The notes under the pieces were generated by a model. It did not search any database. It was not told the DNA's origin and saw nothing but the letters and a program-made list of their open reading frames with translations. Shown in pieces: positions 9,161 to 18,098 of a stretch of 64,000 nt of DNA. Made by a program: the position numbers and the translations under genes. Location of the stretch: positions 186,001-250,000 of IMG/VR virus record IMGVR_UViG_3300011113_000640; one strand, 5' to 3'. Positions within the stretch are counted from its first letter, which is position 1; each line of letters opens with the position of its first letter.

Positions 9161-11257
9161 CTAAACTCCAGCATATTGCGAAGTTTTCTTTGTGTAATCG
9201 GCTATGTCTCGCATGACACGTGTCTGCGCATCCATTTGATCGCGCAGAACCGAAATGAGACCTTCCAGTTTCATGCCCATGTCGGCTCCGGGCAAGGCTG
9301 CCTGGGCGCCTGAGTTCAAGGGCACTATGGCTTCGGTGCCGTGCATGGTCAGATTGGGTTTGTATCCGCTCATGGGTCCGCTGAGTATGGCTCCGTTTGC
9401 AGCCGATACTTCGGCATGGAAATGCCCGGCAGTGGCTCTACTGCTAGGGAAGTTGTATTCGTCTTTGGCATAACTGGCACCAAGATTTTTCAGCTGAGCA
9501 ACAATGTTGCGCCCCTCTTCAGGTGACGGTTGGCGTCCTAGAGCAAAGTCCAAGGCCAGGCCTTTGTTGTGTTTGCTATCGCCAAGACCTTGATGATATT
9601 TGTCGTTGAATCCAGAAAAGTATGCAAATCCCGGCACTGCTTGTTGTATCATTCGGGCCAGACTCAACAAGTTGTTGCTGACGCCCGCACCTTCGGCCTG
9701 AACATCGCCGGTCTTGATTTTGAAACCCATTTTCTGCAGATCGCTTTGGCTCACAGCACCGGGTGCGGCTCCACCGCCCGGAGCTGAAGGGGTTGCTCCT
9801 GGAGCACCTGCACCGCCTGCAGGACCCTGGGCACCACCGCCTGATAGCCCTTTGCCAGTGAGTATACCTGTAACGCCTTGCACAACCTTGCCAAAACCTT
9901 CCATGATCGGTGTGGTGTGTTTGCCCACAGTGTCGCCTAGTTTCTGCAAGCTATCTCTGGAGCTCATCTGTGCTTGGCGCAGTGCTACCTGCGAAGCTGT
10001 ATTGGCATCGGTTCCTTTGGCATTGGCATCCACAGAAGCCACAGCATCTCGCAGACCTTTGGCATAGTCTTTGCCTTGCAGTATGTCGGCGTCTATAATT
10101 TTACCATATGTATCATGTGCAGCGCCTAATTGTCCCAAACTGGTCCTGAGCGGATCTGTTTCTGCGTAGGCAGCTTTTAGGCCTTCCATGAACTGCTCCA
10201 TGGTAATCTTTCCATCTCGAAGCGAATTACTCAATGTAACGCTGGCACCATTGGTGGCCAGGAACATTTCACTGGCTTCGTCGCTGGCGCCTACTAAACC
10301 GCTGGCAGTGTCGGCCATGCCCTTGGCCAACCTAGGGCTTATGGCGTTCAAGGCCAAGAAGCTGTCATACAAGCGTTTTTGAGCGTCTGGATCTAGGGTT
10401 TTGAGCGTAGCATAAAATATTTCAATCTGGTTGGCAGCTTCGCGTTGCTTTTCCAGTTCTTCGCGCTGTTGTCCTGTGAGCCGAGACAATATTTCCATTT
10501 CACGGATATAGGCCTTGGCCCCGGTGCTGATTTCAGCTTGTGTTTTGTTTTGTAATTGTCCCAGCTGACCTTGCATCTTGATATAGCCCATGATGCCTTT
10601 GTTGATGTCGTCCACGCTCATGCCCATGCGCATGAACTGGCCTTGTAAGTCGCTGTGCTGTATTTCGGTAGCCACATTGGCCACTTGTTGTATGCCTTGT
10701 GCCACAGTGGGTGCAAATCGACCTAGGTCGGCACTGTTTTCTCGAACCAAGCTGATCATCTTGTCCAGCTCTTCCAGGCCATAGCCAAACTTCTGCATGG
10801 TTGGGAACACTTCGCTCATGCCTTGTGCAGTGGCCATGCCCGAACGACTCAATTCTTGGTATGACTTGAACAATTGGTCCTGCTGTTTGGCTGCGGCATT
10901 TACTGCTTTGCCAAACAGGGCCAGTCCTCCAGCCACAGTGGCAAATATCCGTAGTGCCGGATTAATTATTGCAACCACGGCCAGGAGGCCGGCTATGGCA
11001 TCAGTTACTTGGCTGAGCTGTTCAGTAAAGACCTGAGCACCTTGCTTGCCTTCGTACATGGCCTTGCCAATGTCCACGGCACTTTTGGTAAGAATCTTGG
11101 TGAGATTGGTCTGTGCATCGGCATAGCCTTTGACGCCTTTGCTGGCGTCTTTCATGCGATCGGCCAGTTCCTTGGTTATAGGGCTGCCGGTTTTGAGAGC
11201 TTCGTTGTACTCGGCAAATATGCGCTGGATTTCTTCTGGGGTCATTTGTTCGGCCAT
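9161..11257 (-). CDS. Tape-measure-like tail protein with a C-terminal M15-type (LAS) zinc peptidase domain
   Basis: Long helical A/Q/G-rich body. SKHNKGLALDF and GHFHAE resemble zinc-ligand motifs; tail motif HGTEAIVPL. Start moved to MAEQMTPEE (11257). Confidence 0.75.
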   Translation of the reverse strand: MAEQMTPEEIQRIFAEYNEALKTGSPITKELADRMKDASKGVKGYADAQTNLTKILTKSAVDIGKAMYEGKQGAQVFTEQLSQVTDAIAGLLAVVAIINPALRIFATVAGGLALFGKAVNAAAKQQDQLFKSYQELSRSGMATAQGMSEVFPTMQKFGYGLEELDKMISLVRENSADLGRFAPTVAQGIQQVANVATEIQHSDLQGQFMRMGMSVDDINKGIMGYIKMQGQLGQLQNKTQAEISTGAKAYIREMEILSRLTGQQREELEKQREAANQIEIFYATLKTLDPDAQKRLYDSFLALNAISPRLAKGMADTASGLVGASDEASEMFLATNGASVTLSNSLRDGKITMEQFMEGLKAAYAETDPLRTSLGQLGAAHDTYGKIIDADILQGKDYAKGLRDAVASVDANAKGTDANTASQVALRQAQMSSRDSLQKLGDTVGKHTTPIMEGFGKVVQGVTGILTGKGLSGGGAQGPAGGAGAPGATPSAPGGGAAPGAVSQSDLQKMGFKIKTGDVQAEGAGVSNNLLSLARMIQQAVPGFAYFSGFNDKYHQGLGDSKHNKGLALDFALGRQPSPEEGRNIVAQLKNLGASYAKDEYNFPSSRATAGHFHAEVSAANGAILSGPMSGYKPNLTMHGTEAIVPLNSGAQAALPGADMGMKLEGLISVLRDQMDAQTRVMRDIADYTKKTSQYAGV

Positions 11258-11262
11258 AATTA

Positions 11263-11270
11263 TATTTATA
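11263..11270 (-). promoter_or_regulatory. Perfect T4 late promoter TATAAATA
   Basis: TATAAATA-TAATT-ATG(11257). Confidence 0.75.
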
Positions 11271-11282
11271 GAGGTAAAATCC

Positions 11283-12122
11283 ATGAATCCTACGAATCCA
11301 CTCAAGCAGTATTTCCGGCAACCTGCTATCTACATACGCCTGCCCAGCCAAGGACAGGGCTATGCAGCCGGTGCTATAACAATGCCGCCCACAGGCGAAT
11401 TGGCTGTGTATCCCATGACAGCCATAGACGAAATCACTTATAGAACACCAGATGCACTCTACAACGGCCAGGCCACTGTGAGTGTTATACAAAGCTGTGT
11501 GCCCGAAATCAAGGATGCCTGGTCGCTGCCCTCAGTGGATCTGGACACCATCTTGGTGGCCATACGGGTCGCCACCTACGGACATGAAATGGATTTTGGT
11601 ACTACCTGCCCCAAGTGCAAAAACGAGTCAGAACATACCTTGGATCTGCGCACAGTGCTGGACAATTTGCGCACAGCAGACTACAGCCAGACCGTAAAGT
11701 CTGGAGACATGGAGATATTTTTCCGTCCGCTCAACTACAAAAACATCAACGACAACAATCAAGCACAGTTTGAAAATCAAAAACTACTGCAGGCCTTGCC
11801 CGATACCGGTGTGCCCGATGCAGAAAAATTTGGGGCGCTCAGTGATGCACTCAAAAAGATCACCGAAATCACAGTCAACATCCTGGCACAAAGCATAGCC
11901 ACTATCAAGACACCACAGGCCTTGGTCACCGAACCTGAATTCATACAGGACTTTTTAAAAAACTGTGATCGCAACTTGTTCAATCAGATACGTGATTTTA
12001 TTATAGACCTCAAGACCAAAAGTGAGATGCAACCATTGAAAATAACTTGTGATGCCTGCAACAACCAATACGAGCAGGCCATAACCCTGGACATGTCCAG
12101 TTTTTTCGCGTCCGCCTCTTAG
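11283..12122 (+). CDS. gp26: Baseplate hub assembly chaperone, gp26-like
   Basis: NPLKQYFRQP, YPMTAIDEI, DLDTILVAIRVATYG, and CPKC/CDAC zinc motifs. GAGGT SD lies before ATG 11283. Confidence 0.8.
   Translation: MNPTNPLKQYFRQPAIYIRLPSQGQGYAAGAITMPPTGELAVYPMTAIDEITYRTPDALYNGQATVSVIQSCVPEIKDAWSLPSVDLDTILVAIRVATYGHEMDFGTTCPKCKNESEHTLDLRTVLDNLRTADYSQTVKSGDMEIFFRPLNYKNINDNNQAQFENQKLLQALPDTGVPDAEKFGALSDALKKITEITVNILAQSIATIKTPQALVTEPEFIQDFLKNCDRNLFNQIRDFIIDLKTKSEMQPLKITCDACNNQYEQAITLDMSSFFASAS
12101..12107 (+). other. Putative -1 programmed frameshift slippery site T TTT TTC
   Basis: In-frame X XXY YYZ heptamer ending four sense codons before the gp26-like stop. The -1 frame is open from here into the 12161 ORF. 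Confidence 0.6.
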
Positions 12123-12160
12123 TCTCTACCCCTGAGCAAATTGCCAAAATTGTAGATCAA

Positions 12161-12337
12161 ATGGAAAAAGAAACCCTTGACATGCGCAAAGAAGCCCTGC
12201 AAATGGCCTGGTACATGCGCGGCGGCCTGACCTACGACCAGGCTCTGCAACTCAGTGTCAGCGAGCGAACCTTGATCAACAATCTGATCAAGGACAATCT
12301 TGAAACAACCAAAAAATCTGGACTGCCGTTTTTCTGA
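12161..12337 (+). CDS. Small gp51-like baseplate assembly protein (58 aa, MEKETLDMRKEALQMAWYMRGGLTYDQALQLS...), probably the -1 frame extension of gp26
   Basis: Translated by hand because it is below the ORF track cut-off. Its stop overlaps the next ATG; no SD. Confidence 0.7.
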   Translation: MEKETLDMRKEALQMAWYMRGGLTYDQALQLSVSERTLINNLIKDNLETTKKSGLPFF

Positions 12338-12840
12338 TGCTAGACCTAGAACGAGTCACCTACGACATAGAACGCTGGATCGCAAACTTTGTAGAAGTTC
12401 CACATCCAAGTCTGGGTGGCTGGGCTCCGTGTCCTTATGCCAGAAAGGCCAGGCTGGATCGTGACTTTGAAGTCAGGCTGGGTGTGAATCCTTATTTTGA
12501 TTTGAAAGTTGTTGCTCAAACTGGCATTGCCAAAAGTGTTGTAATTTTTGTTTACGAATCAACAGCTTACAACTACGAGCAGTTCCATGCTCACGTTGAG
12601 TCAGCCAACACAGAATTTTTATTGGGACAAGACCTGCTGGCCTTGGAGGATCATCCCGACAGTGCCGAGATAGTCAACGGTGTGAGCATGAATCAAGGTA
12701 CCTATGCCTTGGCCTTGGTACAATGTCTCAGCGACTTGGACAACAAAGCGCAGTTGATGGCCGGCAAGGGATTTTACGAGACTTGGCCAGAAGATTACTT
12801 GCACGAATTGTTCCAGCACAGAAAGGATCCCAGATCATGA
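12337..12840 (+). CDS. DUF1415-like hypothetical protein
   Basis: WIANFVE...PCPYARKA and EDHPD motifs resemble DUF1415-type proteins. Translationally coupled. Confidence 0.55.
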   Translation: MLDLERVTYDIERWIANFVEVPHPSLGGWAPCPYARKARLDRDFEVRLGVNPYFDLKVVAQTGIAKSVVIFVYESTAYNYEQFHAHVESANTEFLLGQDLLALEDHPDSAEIVNGVSMNQGTYALALVQCLSDLDNKAQLMAGKGFYETWPEDYLHELFQHRKDPRS

Positions 12841-13271
12841 CCTATCAGTTTGCCAGAATTAATCTTGACCAAGTCACATATCAACCCACCGTGTCTTGGG
12901 AATACTTGCGCGAACCCAATATACCTGTGTTGCAGGACATCTATCGAACCTACTGTATCTACAAGCACTTTGCCAGCGTCATGCCCTTGTTTGACAGCCA
13001 ATTCCGTGATACCATGACTGATGTGATCGGTTATAGAGAAGACGGTGAACTGGTGGCTTTTAGTTTGATGAAACGGCTAGATGATCGAAATGTATTGGCC
13101 AGTCAGTTTGCGTGGACCTATCACAATCCCAAGACTAGACTGGGCATGGAGAGTTTGAAGACCGAATGTGCTATCTATAGAGATCGCGGTTTTAGTTACT
13201 TGTACTTGGATCAAGCACACCTGTACAAACAAGGCCTTGAAGGCTTTGAAATTTTAGGACCTATACAATAA
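12837..13271 (+). CDS. Aminoacyl-tRNA-protein transferase-like protein (ATE_C/Bpt GNAT domain)
   Basis: GYREDGELVAFS...FAWTY...RLGMESLKTEC...RGFSYLYL...YKQ follows the ATE C-terminal domain pattern. ATGA-coupled start at 12837. Confidence 0.65.
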   Translation: MTYQFARINLDQVTYQPTVSWEYLREPNIPVLQDIYRTYCIYKHFASVMPLFDSQFRDTMTDVIGYREDGELVAFSLMKRLDDRNVLASQFAWTYHNPKTRLGMESLKTECAIYRDRGFSYLYLDQAHLYKQGLEGFEILGPIQ

Positions 13272-13606
13272 TGGCAGACTTATACACAATTTGGGCAAAC
13301 AAAGAAGGCGATATCAGTGATATTGATTGGGTCAACGGAATGAAAAGTTTCTTTGACCACTTGGTAACTGAAGGCAAAATGCAAAGCTACAGGATCACTA
13401 GATGCAAAATGGGATTCCGTAGCATTGCAGACATGCCCGAATGGATGATACTCATGGAGTTCCGAGACATGGCACAAATGGATGCAGCATTCCGACGTGT
13501 TGCTCCGCTTGAAGGCGAACTCGAAACAAAACACAAATCATTTAATCAGTTTGTCGCCGGAGACATACAACACGCACTGTTTAGGGATTGGCCTGATCAG
13601 TTCTGA
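13271..13606 (+). CDS. DUF6614-like small alpha/beta protein
   Basis: YRITRCKMGF, PEWMILMEFRDMAQMDAAF, ALFRDWPD. Confidence 0.6.
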   Translation: MADLYTIWANKEGDISDIDWVNGMKSFFDHLVTEGKMQSYRITRCKMGFRSIADMPEWMILMEFRDMAQMDAAFRRVAPLEGELETKHKSFNQFVAGDIQHALFRDWPDQF

Positions 13607-13609
13607 TTG

Positions 13610-14017
13610 TTCAAGATCTCTAACGAGATCTATTGATTCGCTTTGCTCATCAATGCTTTGCTTTTCCGTATTATCCAGATCTTGTGGTCACAATTCACCC
13701 AGTAACGGGTGAATTTGATCTGCATTATCCGAGTCGGAGCAGTCACTTCATTCCAATGAGATTGTAGTTTCCTACACGGAGGCGGTTGACCGGTACCCCC
13801 TACTCAAGCTTCACACGTCAACGGAACCCTAGTGACCCGAGAAAGAACCAAGTCCTATGAGCATGAGTTGTGTCTTTTTCACAGAGCTCAAACCATTTGT
13901 TGCCTTAAGTTAGCAATTGCCTTTCACACACAAGATCATCCGGACCGGGTATCTCACCGTTCCTCCTTGCGAGTCGAGCTACCTCGACCAAACAGAGTGT
14001 GTTGTTGCCTGTCTAGT
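13610..14017 (-). ncRNA. Candidate large structured ncRNA downstream of the GIY-YIG nuclease
   Basis: About 400 nt with no credible ORF. Contains multiple perfect hairpins, a GAAA tetraloop on the minus strand, a 9-bp long-range helix and a possible pseudoknot. Confidence 0.65.
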
Positions 14018-14446
14018 TTAAATTTTGTTTTTTATGTGACTACCATGTATACGGCAAACTATCTGTCCGTTGTAGTAGTCGTCTGACTCTAATACTCTAT
14101 GATTAAATTGTTCTCTGGCTTCTACGTAACTACAAGCTGCCTTTGAGTTGCAATAAAATAATATTTCTCTTGTGAAGTTGTCTGAGCCTAGCTCTGCAAT
14201 GTCTCGGTTGAGTTGATCGTTGCTTCCATAGTATAGTTGCCAGTCTGAATCTATTTTGCTTCTTATTTTCTTACGTTTCTTGTTGCCGTTCTTTAATTTT
14301 ACTACTTTGTATGTTGTCTTACTGAATTTTGCTAATTTTTTTCCAATATACTTTCTGCCGGTTACGTTATTTGTGATCAAATAAACAAAACCAACACAAT
14401 CATCGGGCAGTGTTTCAATTTGTGTGTTTTCGTACAACCATACCAT
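14018..14446 (-). CDS. GIY-YIG endonuclease (T4 EndoII/Seg-like)
   Basis: GFVYLITNNVTGRKYIGKK, YYGS, FTREIL, EAREQF, YYNG. Confidence 0.88.
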   Translation of the reverse strand: MVWLYENTQIETLPDDCVGFVYLITNNVTGRKYIGKKLAKFSKTTYKVVKLKNGNKKRKKIRSKIDSDWQLYYGSNDQLNRDIAELGSDNFTREILFYCNSKAACSYVEAREQFNHRVLESDDYYNGQIVCRIHGSHIKNKI

Positions 14447-14464
14447 GGACTAATAGTTATCATT

Positions 14465-15475
14465 TTACCACTCAGTTGCATATTTTTCATCCACCCTGCT
14501 GGCTATACACTTAGTCTGGCACTCTTGCCATCCAAACGTTTTAAATGTTGTCGCCCAAAAATCATCAGTTACAGCATCAGCAAGTGTGCGACGATTCAAA
14601 TCAAATTTAGCGGCAATAGCTTTCCATTCTGAGTTGTGGCTGTAGCGGTTTGCCACCCAACAGCAAGGAAACAATCTACCTTGTGCGTCAATGTAAAGTC
14701 CTTTGTTGCCAATTTCACACAGGGGTTTTACACCGTTGACCTCTGTTGCTGATTTGTATAATTGTATGTTCTTGGTGTTTGCCTGTGAATTGAGCCCACG
14801 CGAGCTTAACAAAACAACATCTCTTTCAAATCTATGCGAGCCGCTGACAAACTTTCTGCTGGGTTCTAGTGGATCGTCTTTGCCGTACCCGGGATAGATT
14901 GTTCCAAACTTGGTGCTTTTTGTTAATTGAAATGCATCCATGCCCAAGGACAGGGCTAAATTTTTCATATGATCTATACGATCTTCGTTAAATTTAAATG
15001 CAATAGCGGCCCAAACTAACCGACAGTTGCTGTTATCTCGTAGTACCTCGACCCCGGTAACAATACTGTTAAAATCACTGTTTACTCGATACAAATTATT
15101 GCTGTCATTGTCGTAGCCATCAACGCTAAAATGTACAGTGTCCTGTTCAGTGAGCACACGGCCTAGTTCTTGCCACCATTCTGGTTTCTTGTGTGATCCA
15201 TTGGTGACAATAACGATCTCTACAGGTTTGATGGACTTGATATATTCAATCACTGGTACAAGATCGTGGGCATAGATAGGATCACCGTCGTCGCCGCAGA
15301 ATGTGATCTTTTCTACATGGTCAAGCACAAATTCTGCGGTAAAGTTTCTTTTGAAAAATTCTAAATCTAGTTCAGTGTTTACTAAACTGTCAGGAACTTC
15401 TTGTCTAGCACAACGAGGACAACGCAAGGTACACTTTGAACTGATTTCAATGTGAAAATGCCAAGTGGCTAACAT
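14465..15475 (-). CDS. Radical SAM protein with a C-terminal SPASM/twitch-like domain
   Basis: CTLRCPRC, CGDDGDP, TNGS; C-terminal C...PCCW...CQTKC. GAGGT SD lies before ATG 15475. Confidence 0.9.
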   Translation of the reverse strand: MLATWHFHIEISSKCTLRCPRCARQEVPDSLVNTELDLEFFKRNFTAEFVLDHVEKITFCGDDGDPIYAHDLVPVIEYIKSIKPVEIVIVTNGSHKKPEWWQELGRVLTEQDTVHFSVDGYDNDSNNLYRVNSDFNSIVTGVEVLRDNSNCRLVWAAIAFKFNEDRIDHMKNLALSLGMDAFQLTKSTKFGTIYPGYGKDDPLEPSRKFVSGSHRFERDVVLLSSRGLNSQANTKNIQLYKSATEVNGVKPLCEIGNKGLYIDAQGRLFPCCWVANRYSHNSEWKAIAAKFDLNRRTLADAVTDDFWATTFKTFGWQECQTKCIASRVDEKYATEW

Positions 15476-16335
15476 AGTTGTACCTCTCGTTGCCATTGAT
15501 CTTGAAATACTGTTTTATTTTTGTTTGTACTACAAGCACTGGCACACACTGAATTGGGGGTGTCTGTTTTCCAGGTCAATTTTACAGTTGCCAAATCATC
15601 TTTGACAAAATCTCGTTGAGTGGCTCCAAGCCAGCAACAGGCACTGACACGACCTTGCGCATCGATGTACATGCTTTTTTCATTGAGCACATGACATTTG
15701 ATAGGCCCTGGCTTGACCGCGGGCTGCTGCCATCCTATGGGAAATTCCAAATGGTCAGTGAATCCGCGTTTGCTGACCTTGGCACGAAACCACTTGAATC
15801 CCATGTCACGGGCCAATTGCTCGCAAGCATCCACCTGATGTTGATTGTGTTTGTATACCAGCATGTCCCAATGGGCACTTCCGCCCGCGGCAATGTAGGC
15901 TTGAACATTGCTCATCAGCTTGGCCCAATTGACATTTTTTCGATAAACATGATTGGTATCTTGTAATCCATCTATGCTAAACACGCAGTAATCTTTGGGC
16001 TGATCAAACAAACGTCCTAGTGCATGCCAAAAGAACGTGCTCTGCACAGCACCATTGGTATTCATGCCCAACACAATGTTGGGATTGATTTTTCTAAAGT
16101 ATTTGTAGATGTCCATGGTATAGTAGCCTGCAGCCGGATCGCCATAGTTGCCACACATGAACATTTTGTCCAGATTACCAATCACTCGGTCACTGAAATG
16201 TTGTTGTATTTGTTCCATCCGCAGGTGATGCTTGACGTCTTTTCTGAATTGCGTATCAGTCTCTCTGGCACACATGGGACATGCGGCCTGGCAAACGTCT
16301 GTGGGTTCAATGTGCAAGACCTTGATTCTACGCAA
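15469..16335 (-). CDS. Radical SAM protein with a C-terminal SPASM/twitch-like domain
   Basis: CQAACPMC, CGNYGDP, TNG, SIDG; C-terminal SACCW...CASAC. Confidence 0.9.
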   Translation of the reverse strand: MRRIKVLHIEPTDVCQAACPMCARETDTQFRKDVKHHLRMEQIQQHFSDRVIGNLDKMFMCGNYGDPAAGYYTMDIYKYFRKINPNIVLGMNTNGAVQSTFFWHALGRLFDQPKDYCVFSIDGLQDTNHVYRKNVNWAKLMSNVQAYIAAGGSAHWDMLVYKHNQHQVDACEQLARDMGFKWFRAKVSKRGFTDHLEFPIGWQQPAVKPGPIKCHVLNEKSMYIDAQGRVSACCWLGATQRDFVKDDLATVKLTWKTDTPNSVCASACSTNKNKTVFQDQWQREVQLC

Positions 16336-18091
16336 TTTCTACATCCGTGTTGTAACTGGTAAAGCCGCCTTCTTTGACTACCCGCAGTATGTTTTCCACA
16401 CGCCCGGCCAACTCATCTCTGTGGCTGACCAACCAAATAGATTTGTGACGTTCGCGACTCATGTGCTTGAGCAAGGCCAAGGCGTTCTCCACGCCCTGTG
16501 TGTCTAGACCCGAATCGATCATTTCGTCTATGAACAGCACATTGATTGGCTGATACAGGCTTTCAAACACATCACGGAAGGCCCAGCTCATGCTGAGGAT
16601 CAATCTATTGCGTTCGCCACGTGAAAGGTTATCAAAGTCCAGTTCACGACCCAACTCTTCAATGCTGACTGTGAGATCGTTCTGGAACACTACGGTGTGT
16701 GGCAAGCCGATCCTGTCCAAGTAGTGTGTGAGTCGTGAATTCAAATAGCTCAGATTCTGTTCAATGATCTTTTTGCGTATGAAACTGTCCTTGCTGGTCA
16801 GAAGTTTGAGCAAGAAGTCTTGATGTTCCTGCAACCTGGTCAGCTCATTGAGTGTATCATATGTAATCACCTGCAAGGCCTGTCCCTGCATGTCTTCTAT
16901 CTGTTCGCCATAAGGATCTGTTTCGGCCTGTTTGTTTTCCAACTGCGTTTGCAGTGCGGCCAGACTAGACCTATGATCGATGGCATCCTCCTCACGGTCA
17001 TAAAACATCACAGGAGGTTTACCTAGCGTGCCCAAGGCGGTGTGGGCAGTCTCAAGTTCTGATAAGATTCGTGTATGTTCTTGGCACGCCGTTCGCGCTG
17101 CCACCAGATCAGCCTGCTTACCCGCCAGGACCTGTTGGTGCTTATGGTCGTGGAAAGCCTGCCCGCAAGTGTGACATGTGTGATTTTCAAGTGTCGCAAT
17201 CTCCTTGCCAAGCTTCTCAATGCTTTTTGTCTCGCGGTCCTTATCAAGCTTCGTGCGGGAGATCTGTCCAGCCAGGTCGTTAAGGTCCTTGCGCTTCTGG
17301 TCCCATACTTTATGGGCCTTGTGGGCCGCGATCTCGGCTTCAATGTCAATCTTCTTGAGCTCTTCGAGCGCGGTTTCAAGTTTGGTAATCTCTTCTTCAT
17401 GCTTGGTCGTCCATAGTTGTTGACGCCGGCGCAAGGCTTCAATCTGTTCTTCGATGCGCTTGTTGGCTTCTTGTACCGCACGTATGCGGAATTCTTCCTG
17501 CTGTATAGCCTCTTTGGTTTGTCTATTGTGTTCTTTGATACGATCGGCACGCTCACTGAGCATGGTAATGCCCAAGAGCTGTTCGATGATTGTGCGTTGA
17601 TCATTGGCCTTCAAACTCAAGAATGGTTCGGTGTAGGTGTTGAGCGCCAGGATATGTTTGAACATGTCGTGGCTGAGACCCAGAGTATGTTCTATAGCAT
17701 CTTGAGTTTCTCTACTATCACCTTGTGCTTCGTCGGTGATGGCCTGTTCTTTGTTGTTGACATAAAATCTCAGCACATTGGGCTTGCGGCCTCGTTCGAT
17801 CTTGTACTCTTGATTGTTCACAATAAAATCCAAGCTGACCAACATGTTCTTGCCATTGGTCTTGTTCACAAGATTGTCTTTGCGTATGTTGCTGAGAGCA
17901 TTGCCATACAAGGCATAGCTGAGAGCATTTATGATTGTGGTCTTGCCAGTGCCGTTACGGCTTCCGTCGCCGCCCAGGTCCAGATTTTCTCCCAGCACCA
18001 AGGTTAGATCTCTGCGATCAAAGTCAATGCCTTGTGTGTTGTTGCCCACACTCATGAAGTTTTTGACCGTGAGTTTTTTTATCTGTATCAT
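16328..18091 (-). CDS. gp46: Recombination endonuclease ATPase subunit, gp46/SbcC/Rad50-like
   Basis: KNFMSVG, Walker A NGTGKTT, zinc hook CHTC, LSRGE signature, LFIDE, VSH. Confidence 0.95.
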   Translation of the reverse strand: MIQIKKLTVKNFMSVGNNTQGIDFDRRDLTLVLGENLDLGGDGSRNGTGKTTIINALSYALYGNALSNIRKDNLVNKTNGKNMLVSLDFIVNNQEYKIERGRKPNVLRFYVNNKEQAITDEAQGDSRETQDAIEHTLGLSHDMFKHILALNTYTEPFLSLKANDQRTIIEQLLGITMLSERADRIKEHNRQTKEAIQQEEFRIRAVQEANKRIEEQIEALRRRQQLWTTKHEEEITKLETALEELKKIDIEAEIAAHKAHKVWDQKRKDLNDLAGQISRTKLDKDRETKSIEKLGKEIATLENHTCHTCGQAFHDHKHQQVLAGKQADLVAARTACQEHTRILSELETAHTALGTLGKPPVMFYDREEDAIDHRSSLAALQTQLENKQAETDPYGEQIEDMQGQALQVITYDTLNELTRLQEHQDFLLKLLTSKDSFIRKKIIEQNLSYLNSRLTHYLDRIGLPHTVVFQNDLTVSIEELGRELDFDNLSRGERNRLILSMSWAFRDVFESLYQPINVLFIDEMIDSGLDTQGVENALALLKHMSRERHKSIWLVSHRDELAGRVENILRVVKEGGFTSYNTDVEIA

Positions 18092-18098
18092 TTGCTTA

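Noticed and set aside
13832-14086. 84-aa plus-strand ORF (and 13482..13712) in the structured region
   Set aside because: Non-ATG starts, overlap with real genes and no protein-like features; RNA structure explains the region better.
13610-14446. Group I intron, tmRNA or RNase P interpretation of the GIY-YIG-linked RNA
   Set aside because: No interrupted host gene, and I could not see the group I core, tRNA-like ends or RNase P conserved motifs. An Rfam scan is needed to exclude these formally.
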